Source of the DNA: Ylistrum balloti
Taxonomy: Eukaryota
Direction of reading: 5' to 3'
Assembly: GCF_031769215.1 (NCBI RefSeq)
Contig: NW_026781915.1
Location: forward strand, 806,001 to 870,000
Length of the DNA stretch: 64,000 nt
The notes under the pieces are model-generated. The model worked only from the letters and a program-made list of their open reading frames with translations. It did not search any database and was not told where the DNA came from. Position numbers and translations under genes: made by a program. The stretch's first letter is position 1. Every line of letters starts with the position of its first letter. Positions 37,504 to 48,458 of the stretch are shown one piece after another.

Positions 37504-39189
37504 TCACGTTTCTGAGGGTGTAAATTCACATGTGTATTTATACACACTGATCGTTCCATCATTGAATCCCATCCATACATTGCCATCATTATCAACTGCC
37601 ATTGATCTCGGTGCAGGCTGACAACCAGTCATCAACACCTTCAGTGGCACACAACCCGGATCTAGCAATTGCACAGTTTTTGAGTGGTATTCGGCGATAA
37701 GAATAAGATTGCTATCATTAAACAGCACATCGTTCACACAAAACCTGTCTGGTAGCTCAGGCATCTCTTCCTCGGCACTGATGATTACTCCAAAACCAAT
37801 ACAGCGACGTTCAAGCTTTAGTTCACTATCTAAAAGTACTAAATGACCCTTAAACTTTGCAGTTCCATTGATAATGGCCACCTTTCCACTGTTGCTGATG
37901 CCAATATTACACGGTATATGAAATATGTCACGACCATTGATGTCCTTATGGACACGAGTCAGTTCCTTGCCTTTGCTACTGTATTTCACTAGTACTGATG
38001 TTGTATTCGGTTGATCAGCTAAAGATGTCTTGTTTGTCATTGTCACAAGTATATCTCCGTTCATAGTTGAACACATGTTATTGGGCGCCAGTGGATCTGT
38101 ACGAATGACTGTAGTGGTTGCATGGAATTGTTTGTCTTGCTTAAGTTCCACTCGTTTGATACACTTTTTTGAAGGACATGAAATCAAGACTTGGTTTGTT
38201 ATCGGTGACACTAGAATATCAGATACCGTTGTGTTGCAAGGAACACAGTGTTTTAGAACCCCATTCCGTCCGACAAGTTTAATATTATCCTTTTTGTAGC
38301 ACTTAAGCCAGACGTTTCCGTCCGCAGCTGGACGCATTGCAAACGCAGCCGAAGACACGTTGAAGCTACAAGTTGGTGTCAGATTGATATCGCACTTGAT
38401 ACTTTTGGAACTATGTGTATATTTCAGTTCCGTGGAAATGTCTGTTGGGGCCTCTGGTAATGTCGCAAGAGACATGTCTCTCTCTGGACCATCCCCATAT
38501 AGATCCAGAGTACATACACTTATTGCATCAGATGGGCTATAGGGACGTGGACTTCCCCCATTCGGATAAAACGTATCCTGACCATGCACGTCCCGCTGTA
38601 CAACCTCTCCGAAAAACGTTTCTATGTTGTCTGTATTTCCAGAGGTGTCTGTAATAAATTCAAGCTTGTTTGTCTTTGGAAAATCCAGTTGCACAATTTC
38701 TGGGACTGTTATTGTCCATCCTTGTACTATAACCTCCGACAAGTTGTCACACAACCGAAGTCTCGTTATTCGATCTGTAAAGTCTTTAACCTTCAGCAAG
38801 TTTTCTTCGGTTTGTCGTTTGAACTTACTTAGTTCCGCTAATGTTAATTCACGCTGCTTTTCAAGTTGCTTTGTAAAATTCTTAGTAACTGCATCCAATA
38901 GTTGTCCTAGCTGATCCCGTCTTCTGAGAAGGTCTTGTTTAGTTTTGTCAAAACCTGTTTCTTCCTCCTGGAGTCTAACACAAACTTCGTTAAGGTCTGT
39001 TTCTAGTTTGTTATTTAGTGAACTATCAAATGATTTTGTAAGATTGTTAATAACAGTCTCGGCAACATTTTCCAGTGAGCGAAAAATATGTCCATCGTGG
39101 TATTGTTCGTCAATACATGTGCTGCAGACAATAGTTTTACAGGATAAACACGCCAAGTTTCTATCTTTACCATGGTGTGAGCAGGCCAT
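37504..39189 (-). CDS. RING-less TRIM-like protein: B-box2, coiled coil, NHL/SMP-30-like beta-propeller, 561 aa
   Basis: Single long ORF; first ATG at 39189 (the track starts at TTG 39195). B-box CSHH..CLSC..VCSTC..HDGH, a helical charged segment, then repeats with G(N/D)V/IxV and propeller-like spacing. Confidence 0.88.
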   Translation of the reverse strand: MACSHHGKDRNLACLSCKTIVCSTCIDEQYHDGHIFRSLENVAETVINNLTKSFDSSLNNKLETDLNEVCVRLQEEETGFDKTKQDLLRRRDQLGQLLDAVTKNFTKQLEKQRELTLAELSKFKRQTEENLLKVKDFTDRITRLRLCDNLSEVIVQGWTITVPEIVQLDFPKTNKLEFITDTSGNTDNIETFFGEVVQRDVHGQDTFYPNGGSPRPYSPSDAISVCTLDLYGDGPERDMSLATLPEAPTDISTELKYTHSSKSIKCDINLTPTCSFNVSSAAFAMRPAADGNVWLKCYKKDNIKLVGRNGVLKHCVPCNTTVSDILVSPITNQVLISCPSKKCIKRVELKQDKQFHATTTVIRTDPLAPNNMCSTMNGDILVTMTNKTSLADQPNTTSVLVKYSSKGKELTRVHKDINGRDIFHIPCNIGISNSGKVAIINGTAKFKGHLVLLDSELKLERRCIGFGVIISAEEEMPELPDRFCVNDVLFNDSNLILIAEYHSKTVQLLDPGCVPLKVLMTGCQPAPRSMAVDNDGNVWMGFNDGTISVYKYTCEFTPSET

Positions 39190-40540
39190 TCTCAATCATC
39201 ATTGCTGTATGTACTTTCTGTATACTCGGCACCGCCTTCTTACTAACTCACATCTGTTACTTTAACAAGGAAGCTATAAACTGGGAAATCCCACTATTCA
39301 TAATGCGTTCACACAAAGTCTGGTGAGCTTACATTAATTTTATGACAAAGATGTCAACAGTAGATTAAGAAATGGTAATGTTAATGGTGTTTTATCATCG
39401 ATATTTTTATGTAATGACCTCCAGGACGGGAGCAATGGGATGGTGTGTTTACACCCGTATAACTCTCTGATGTGTTGTGATATTGTATAATATAACATAC
39501 ATATACTTATATAACCTAGCTATACTCTGGGTAAACAGACGATTACATGGTAACAAAATATGTCATTCACTTTAACTTTATTACACAGATATAAATTACT
39601 TCTTCCTGTTTATAACGTGTAGCTTTTCAAGGATATTCATATATATGTAAGTCCTGTGATCGGATTTCCATCAGTTAAGATTTATTGTTTTAAGAAATCA
39701 CCAAACTCTACATCGAGAGTATTTGAAAACAATCTTGATGGGTCTACAAGCATCCTGCACTAACCCCAAATGTCAAATAAAAACATCTTTTGTAATATGT
39801 AATCCTATCTCAGTTTAAGAATTTTAAGTTGTAAAGCCAATTTTTTGGAGAACATTATATTGTTAAACTCTCATGTTCACCTCGCAAGTGTATTGTGTCC
39901 GTGATTACATTGTTCATTAATTCTATTGCTACAGACAGGGTTGTTTGTGACGTCATGAACTAAGTTATGATTAGATAATAAATATTGAGCGAATATGTTT
40001 TTAAAAAATGACAGAGAAAATGTGTTTGCTATAAAAAAAAACACTTTTTCATTAACAAATGCAGACTGCATACCATGTTATTTTATTCTTTAACCATTGA
40101 AGAGGATAATTAAACTGCTATGACCGGCAAGCTTGGTGCACCTTTATATGGTACACAAAGATACAAAAATTGATACATTTTTACTCATTTTGGGTCATGA
40201 TAAGAAACAACCATCAAGTATTTACTTCCCTTGTACCTCCCTCTTTTGTGATGTAGCAGTGCGACAGGTCGAAAATGAGTCAGAATATATGTGTGTACAC
40301 TGTGAATTAATAGCACGTTTCGGCGAGGATGTTCAGTCACGCTTGATGTGGCTACAATAAGCACTTTTCATACACAAATATCAACAGAAGTAGTGTGACC
40401 TATATTACATGGAACTGCCTGTACACATGTTGTTGAGGAACTAGAAAAGACAGACTTGTAGGAACGGGACAAGTCCACCCATGGAATACACGCATTAGCG
40501 GATTTGGGAATTGTCTTGCATATAATTGTTTGGAAAGACA

Positions 40541-43497
40541 ATGAGATTTAATACTATAATTCCGGGGTCTCTGATGGTAGGCGTGTGTATAGTCATACTG
40601 AACCAATACGCAGGACAAGTTCAAGGTATGTACTCACATTGTACCTTCTAACTAAAATCATTTTGATGAATTGCCGAGGATATATTATCTGTTTAGGGTC
40701 TACATTTATACGTTTCCATGTAAAAACAATATGATTTTGAAGGGAAGCAACTGTATGTAGGACTAGTGGACTATGTTACGTTATGTCAAGACAGTTTACA
40801 GTGAACTAACAGAACCTTCAATATCCAAAAATATTATCGATGAAAGCAAAAAACAAATATACCTGATACCACCCCTCTATGTAAACCACCAGCTTGATGT
40901 AACAGGACGCAAATGCGTACGTGTTAAGAATACATAATACTTATTACTTATCTTTAGTTCTAGTTATAGTATTCCCAAATTTTAGGGTCTATGTCAGGTA
41001 GCCAACAAATGCTTCAAGGTACCACTCCTCAAAATGGCCTGGTTATTGATAGGAGGATGAAGCCAACAAATAAACAGAATATTGAATGCTTTAGCCAACA
41101 AATAAACAGAATATTGAATGTTTTAGCCAACAAATAAACAGAATATTGAATGTTTTAGCCAACAAATAAACAGAATATTGAATGCTTTAGCCAACAAATA
41201 AACAGAATATTGAATGATTAAGGCAACAAATAAACAGAATATTGAATGTTTTAGCCAACAAATAAACAGAATATTGAATGGTTTAGCCAACAAGAAAAAC
41301 AGAATATTGAATGCTTTAACCAACAAATAAACAGAATATTGAATGCTTTAGCCAACAAATAAACAGAATATTGAATGGTTTAGCCAACAAATAAACAGAA
41401 TATGTAATGGTTTAGCCAACAAATAAACAGAATGTTGAATGCTTTAGCAAACAAATAAACAGAATATTTAATGGTTTAGCCAACAAATAAACAGAATATT
41501 GAATGCTTTAGCCAACAAATAAACAGAATATTTAATGGTTTAGCCAACAAATAAACAGAATATTTAATGGTTTAGCCAACAAATAAACAGAATATTTACT
41601 GGTTTAGCCAACAAATAAACAGAATATTGAGTGGTGTAGCCAACAAATAAACAGAATATTGAGTGGTGTAGCCAACAAATAAACAGAATATTGAATGTTT
41701 AAGGCAACAAATAAACAGAATATGTAATGGTTTAGCCAATAAATAAACAGAATATTGAATGGTTTAGCCAACAAATAAACAGAATATTGAATGTTTTAGC
41801 CAACAAATAAACAGAATATTGAATGCTTTAGCCAACAAATAAACAGAATATTTAATGGTTTAAGCAACAAATAAACAGAATATTAAATGGTTTAGCCAAC
41901 AAATAAACAGAATATTTAATGCTTTAGCCAACAAATAAACAGAATATTGAATGCTTTAGCCAACAAATAAACAGAATATTTAATGATTACGCCAGCTTAC
42001 ATATCCCTGAATTATCATTAGAAACGGATATGTGAGTAATACTTAGTACTTGTCACGAGACTCATCGGCTACAAAGTTATATTTAACATACACTTCACCA
42101 TATAATTATTACAATGACATATCTTATGCTCTGTACAATTCGTCATTATTTAAAAGTGAGTGTTGAAGTCCAATGTACGCTTTATACTTGCCTGATTTAC
42201 GAGTCAGAGATATATAAGAAGCATGAGAGTACAACAACATATATACTTTATCAACTATGTTCATCTTTCAGTATATAATTTGACACACAATTTTCTATAG
42301 GTTAAGGCAAAGGACCCATAGTTCTTCAATTCGGTTAAAACACAAAATATCTCTATCACAACATTGAATAGAATTTCTATGATCATTACAAGTTTAAGTC
42401 AACGTACTATGACACCTCGACCAGCATTGACAAGATGTTTGAATAAAAATATAATGATGTCTCTTTTGGTTAGTTTGTAGTTGTCCTATCTGCTACAAAG
42501 GTCAAATTTCTATCTGCAGCGTAGCTTAAATAGCTCTGGCAACACGTACTGTTTTATATGGCTATTCATCTGAGTTTGACTTCCTAAGCCGACAGCCCGG
42601 CTAATAAGAGAAAGGTTATTTGTAGGTACACGTTTTGCTAGCGCTTAAGTTTTTCTTTTCGTTTTTGATTCTTGCATTTAATTTTTATACTTGTAAACGT
42701 CATTGAAACCAACTGTTGGTGTTTTCACAGGACTTACGTGCATAAATTGTGCCGATTTTGCCATCAATGGGTCGGCTGCGGGGGCGGTTGTGACTCCAAT
42801 CCTGAGCGCTATCCCGGGAATCCGGGAAAAGAACTGTCGGACAGCCACTGCGACTTCAGACATTGACTTGATCACTTGTCCACCAAATCCTGCATCTGGG
42901 GACCGTGTTTACCGATGTGGAGCCTATACCGGCACAATCAATGTTGTTGCTCCGCTTGATCTATTCAGTATGTACGATATCCCTACCAGGTTTCCTATTA
43001 TTTCACAAGAAAAATAAAGACCTATAAATTTAAAACATTTCTAAACAATTTGATACAAGTTCACAATACTGATTTGTTAAAAATGTCTTTGAGGTGAAGA
43101 AACATGTCATTTCAATTGAACTGATTGGAATCCATTGCCAAAGTCAACTAACAGGTCAGATCAGGAATTTGGTGATAGGGTTATCTATCATGCAGTGCAT
43201 TTATAAGTCTTAAAACTTATTTTCTTTATTTCAGATATTCCTGTTCATATAATTGACCGTGAATGTGTTTTGATCTATAAGGGCTTGAGCGATGGCTGTC
43301 ACCCTCAGAGTTTTGCCCAACAGGACGCGGCTACTTTCCAAAAGATCTTCGACAATCTTGATAGCATAGGAGCTGTCAGCTTCAGGGGAAATATCTGTAT
43401 CAGTGGTGATATATCCGCTGCCTCCAGCTTTCACATCGGACAGTCTTTGGTTGTCTTAGTAGTGACATATTTTCTGAATAGAATTTTCGTGTCGTGA
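40541..43497 (+). CDS. GPI-anchored Ly6/uPAR(three-finger)-like protein A, 194 aa; exons 40541-40625, 42731-42967, 43235-43497
   Basis: Exon 1 signal peptide MRFNTIIPGSLMVGVCIVILNQYAGQVQG|gtatgt; phase 1-1 joins; total 585 nt, open; LTCxxC start, 8 Cys in the mature domain, hydrophobic C-terminal tail. Confidence 0.85.
41061..41985. repeat. 32-bp minisatellite, ~29 copies, in intron 1 of gene A
   Basis: agccaacaaataaacagaatattgaatgcttt unit. Confidence 0.97.
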
Positions 43498-43839
43498 TCG
43501 AGTCTGCATTAGAAACTGTGCGTATATAATATCACTTTTTTATGGATAAGAACGTGATATGTAATTTACCAATTTGTTATAGGTTTTCTGGAATACAAAT
43601 ACGTGATACAAAATCGTGATCATCATTTATGCCATATTTCGTCGTTCAAATGCGATGATCATGTCACACAATTTCAAATTGTTTAGGTACCCCATTAAGT
43701 CTTTGCTAATGAGACGTTGACTTTGTGGGAAACCCTCTAAAATTGTGTATAGACATATTAGGAACATATGTGTGAGAGGAAGAACTTTCATATGCGTGCT
43801 GAAATAGGAATTTTTATTTTCTTTATTGTATGCATGCTA

Positions 43840-45960
43840 AAATGGGGATTTCTGTACGAATAATGAGTAAAATTTTGTTCGCATGCTGAGAGGGAGATTT
43901 ATGTACGCACGATGAGAGGGGGATTGATGTACGCATGATGAGAAGGAGATTGATGTACGCATGCTAAGAGGGAGATTTATGTATGAATGATGAGAGGGGG
44001 ATTGATGTACGCACGATGAGAGGGGGATTGATGTACGCATGATGAGAGGGAGATTGATGTACGCACGATGAGAGGGGGATTAATGTACGCATGATGAGAG
44101 GGAGATTGATGTACGCATGATGAGAGGGGGATTTATGTACGCACGCTGAGAGGGAGATTGATGTACGCATGATGAGAGGGGGATTGATGTACGCATGATG
44201 AGAGGGGGATTGATGTACGCATGATGAGAGGGGGATTGATGTACGCACGATGAGAGGGAGATTGATGTACGCACGATGAGAGGGAGATTGATGCCTGCAC
44301 AGTTGAGACGGAGATTGATGTACGCATGATGAGAGGGGGATTGATGTATGAATGATGAGAGGGGGATTGATGTACGCATGATGAGAGGGGGATTGATGTA
44401 CGCACGATGAGAGGGGGATTGATGTACGCATGATGAGAGGGGGATTGATGTACGCACGATGAGAGGGGGATTGATGTACGCACGATGAGAGGGGGATTGA
44501 TGTACGCATGATGAGAGGGAGATTGATGTACGCACGATGAGAGGGAGATTGATGTACGCACGATGAGAGGGAGATTGATGTACGCATGATGAGAGGGGGA
44601 TTGATGTACGCATGATGAGAGGGAGATTGATGTACGCATGATGAGAGGGGGATTGATGTACGCACGATGAGAGGGGGATTGATGTACGCACGATGAGAGG
44701 GGGATTGATGTACGCACGATGAGAAGGAGATTGATGTACGCATGATGAGAGGGGGATTGATGTATGAATGATGAGAGGGGGATTGATGTACGCACGATGA
44801 GAGGGGGATTGATGTACGCACGATGAGAGGGAGATTGATGTACGCATGATGAGAGGGGGATTGATGTACGCACGATGAGAGGGGGATTGATGTACGCATG
44901 ATGAGAGGGGGATTGATGTACGCATGATGAGAGGGGGATTGATGTACGCACGCTGAGAGGGAGATTGATGTACGCACGATGAGAGGGAGATTGATGTACG
45001 CATGCTATGAGGGAGATTTATGTACGAATGATGAGAGGGGGATTGATGTACGCATGATGAGAGGGAGATTGATGTACGCACGATGAGAGGGAGATTGATG
45101 TACGCATGCTAAGAGGGAGATTTATGTACGAATGATGAGAGGGGGATTGATGTACGCACGATGAGAGGGGGATTGATGTACGCATGATGAGAGGGGGATT
45201 GATGTACGCACGCTGAGAGGGAGATTGATGTACGTATGCTAAGAGGGAGATTGATGTACGCATACTAAGAGGGAGATTTATGTACGAATGATGAGAGGGG
45301 GATTGATGTACGCATGATGAGAGGGGGATTGATGTACGCACGATGAGAGGGGGATTTATGTACGCACGATGAGAGGGGGATTGATGTACGCATGATGAGA
45401 GGGGGATTGATGTACGCACGCTGAGAGGGAGATTGATGTACGCATACTAAGAGGGAGATTTATGTACGAATGATGAGAGGGGGATTGATGTACGCATGAT
45501 GAGAGGGGGATTGATGTTGATTTATGTACGCACGATGAGAGGGGGATTGATGTACGCATGATGAGAGGGGGATTGATGTACGCACGCTGAGAGGGGGATT
45601 GATGTACGCACGATGAGAGGGGGATTTATGTACGCACGATGAGAGGGGGATTGATGTACGCATGATGAGAGGGGGATTAATGTACGCACGCTGAGAGGGA
45701 GATTGATGTACGTATGCTAAGAGGGAGATTTACGTACGAATGATGAAAGGGGATTGATGTACGCATGCTGAGAGTGGGATTGTTGTACGCACGATGAGAG
45801 GGAGATTGATGTACGCATGATGAGAGGGGGATTGATGTACCCACGCTGAGAAAACTTTTGTATGCATGCTAAGAGAGGGGAATCTCTGTACGTATTCTTA
45901 GAAGGGAGCATTTGTACTCGTGCAGAGAGAGGGAACCTTTCTACGTATGCTGAGAGGAAA
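43840..45960. repeat. 26-bp G-rich minisatellite, ~80 copies, with degenerate flanks
   Basis: gatgagagggggattgatgtacgca(t/c) unit. Confidence 0.97.
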
Positions 45961-46974
45961 ACTTGGTGATGTGTTTGTGACCTCTCACCAAGTCAACACT
46001 ATGCAAAAACATTATACCTCCTAGGTATACAAATTAACAATTTTGATATGATAATTGAATCGAAATAAAACTACTTATGGAGGAAAATTGTTTGAATTAC
46101 AATTGCTATGTATAAATTATAATTTAGTGTATTATCATTGTTGCCTTTATACATCTTACAGAAGCCAACTTAACTGTAGCCATAGATTATGAAACATAAT
46201 TACTTCTTTTTATTATTTTATTTCAAATAACATCATCAAAATTGATTTATGTGCATTTCATTTAATTATTTAATCTGAATATTTTTGTCCGTGTAAAACT
46301 GTGTCATGACTTATATTGTATTTGTAACAGTGAGAAAAAGAGCTCTCTTGCAATGTTTGTAATTTAAAATGATTATATTCATTGTATTTGCACAGAATTT
46401 TGTATAAGTTAAAATCAATTTACTGCATAATAAACATACTGTAATTCTATATCACCCAGAAATAAGGTAATGCCCTCTTATATTTCTTTCAATTGTTTTA
46501 GCATGCACAATCACATGTTATTGACGAGATTCTATTTGTATATCGTTGTCCTAACAAATTAAATAATTTCATTTAAGAACACATTATCTGTTTCATTTTT
46601 CACGCTTTGTTGATTTATGCATAAGGAAGACACAATAATGACAACGTATGGAGTCGAACAAATTACGGGATTTGGGAACTTCCCTGACCAGATACATTTA
46701 CTACATACCTGTTACATTTTGCACAATTCTTTGTTGATAACCGCAATATAGTGTATTTTTGTCTTTTTTCTGGCGAGTCAAGAGCATATTTTTCTCTTTT
46801 TTTTCCATGAGAGATCATTGATGTAGTCGAATCATACATTTTAAAAAATACATATATTTATGGTGTTGTGATTCTGGCACTTTCATGCATTTTTAATTTT
46901 AAACAAAAAAGTTCCATATTTCAATTTTACAATTATGCTACCGGCATTTTCTGCGCTGAATGCTATAACATATT

Positions 46975-47205
46975 TTAGAAATTCAACTTCAATGACATCT
47001 TTTGGACGTTCAACCTCAATGACATCTTTTAAAATTTCAGCTTCGATGATATATTTTAGAAGCTGAATTTCAATAACGTCTATAAGAAGTTCAGTTTCAA
47101 TGACCTCTGTAGAAGTTAAGCTCTGATGACATATTTTAGAAGTTCAGTTTCAATGACCTCTGTAGAAGTTAAGCTCTGATGACATATTTTAGAAGTTCAG
47201 TTTCA
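46975..47205. repeat. Degenerate ~26-bp repeat containing a near-perfect 53-bp duplication
   Basis: gaagttcagtttcaatgacctctgtagaagttaagctctgatgacatatttta occurs twice. Confidence 0.7.
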
Positions 47206-47816
47206 GTCCTAGAAGGATAAAAAAAACATTGTTTATCTCTAGTGTTTCTATACTTATCTGGGAATGTTGATTCTGAACTCATGTAAATTCATTAATTTTT
47301 TTATTCACGTTTCTGTTTTGTAACTTTGTATTAATTGCGTGAGACACTATAGGATATCCCGAATTGTGACATTATTTTTAAAAGTCTTCTTGTTGATACA
47401 ATCAATTTTCGACAATGGGTAACAGCCAAACATTTACATACTGACGTACTGACAATATATAAAATTTGCAAAGAAAGTGTTGGTTATCATCTCATAACTG
47501 TCAATTGAAGGCCTATTATATCAAGGACTGTACAAAAGACGCAGAAGTGAAAAACATATTTAATGGAAATCAAAGTAGAGCTAAACAATGAATTGATAAA
47601 ATCAAACGTGATCGAAGGAAAAGCCTTAGTCTAGACGGGGAGGTGCAATAGCTCAATGATTAAATAAATATCATAATCTTTGTATATCCGACTAAAAGTC
47701 AACCAGTATTGTCTACCACCTGCATCCCAGAAGACTGTACTAAAGACACACAAGTGAATAGCACCTTTAACAGAAGTCTTGTTTGACAAGTAGAGCCATA
47801 TACTAAGTTAAACTGT

Positions 47817-47856
47817 AACATACAGCTGTTCCGTCCTTCTGGGTCTAGTCAGTGAA
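47817..47856 (-). ncRNA. Degenerate minimal type I hammerhead ribozyme motif (Penelope-type) within a dispersed repeat at ~47720-47870
   Basis: Minus strand reads ttca CTGACTA gacc cagaa ggac GGAA c agct g TA tg; two core mismatches versus CUGANGA/GAAA. Confidence 0.5.
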
Positions 47857-48458
47857 GCTAAGGGCCTAAATTTTGAAGCCAAGGAAGCGACAGGAAAATC
47901 CAAAGTGATAAAAAATTTGGACGACGATGTACACTAGCCCCTACGTATACCGAATGAACAAATACATTAAAATAAATTCGAACACCCACATCCTGTATAA
48001 GTTGTTTTCCTAATTTAGCATGCTTATCACAACTATGGATAGAGTGATTCAATTTTCATTAGTATATCTATATCCTAAGTCAACAACATTGTCTGTGTAG
48101 GTGGCTCACGACGGTCTTGCCGCTAGCTAATCAAACGAAGGTTGTTCCGACTCAAAGTGTTAATTGCAGTATATCAGTCGATGGTCAGAGGTTAATATGA
48201 TCCCGCGGCTAGTTATAAAATTCTCCAAGGTTTCATCGCAACTCAACCTTGATAAAACCACGTTCCTGAAATGGTAGAATCAATCACTTAAAGACTGGAT
48301 CTGTACAAAGTGGATCAAGGATTCGTACAACGTGAAAACTTATGGCTAAATTAGGAACATTTTCTGAATCGTACCAACAGAAGAAAGGAAGTGAACTTGT
48401 CTCAAGGAATCAATTTTTTGATGGTTTACGGAATATTTTCTGAAGTCTTTAAACAGCG

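Noticed and set aside
38030-39265. Plus-strand ORFs overlapping the TRIM-like CDS (and similar antisense ORFs over FkbM and mos)
   Set aside because: Antisense shadows of real coding sequence with no independent motifs.
43837-45911. Long overlapping ORFs of up to 337 aa (MRTSIPLSSCVHQSPSH.. repeats)
   Set aside because: Artefact of a stop-free 26-bp unit that cycles through all three frames; no splice context or unique sequence.
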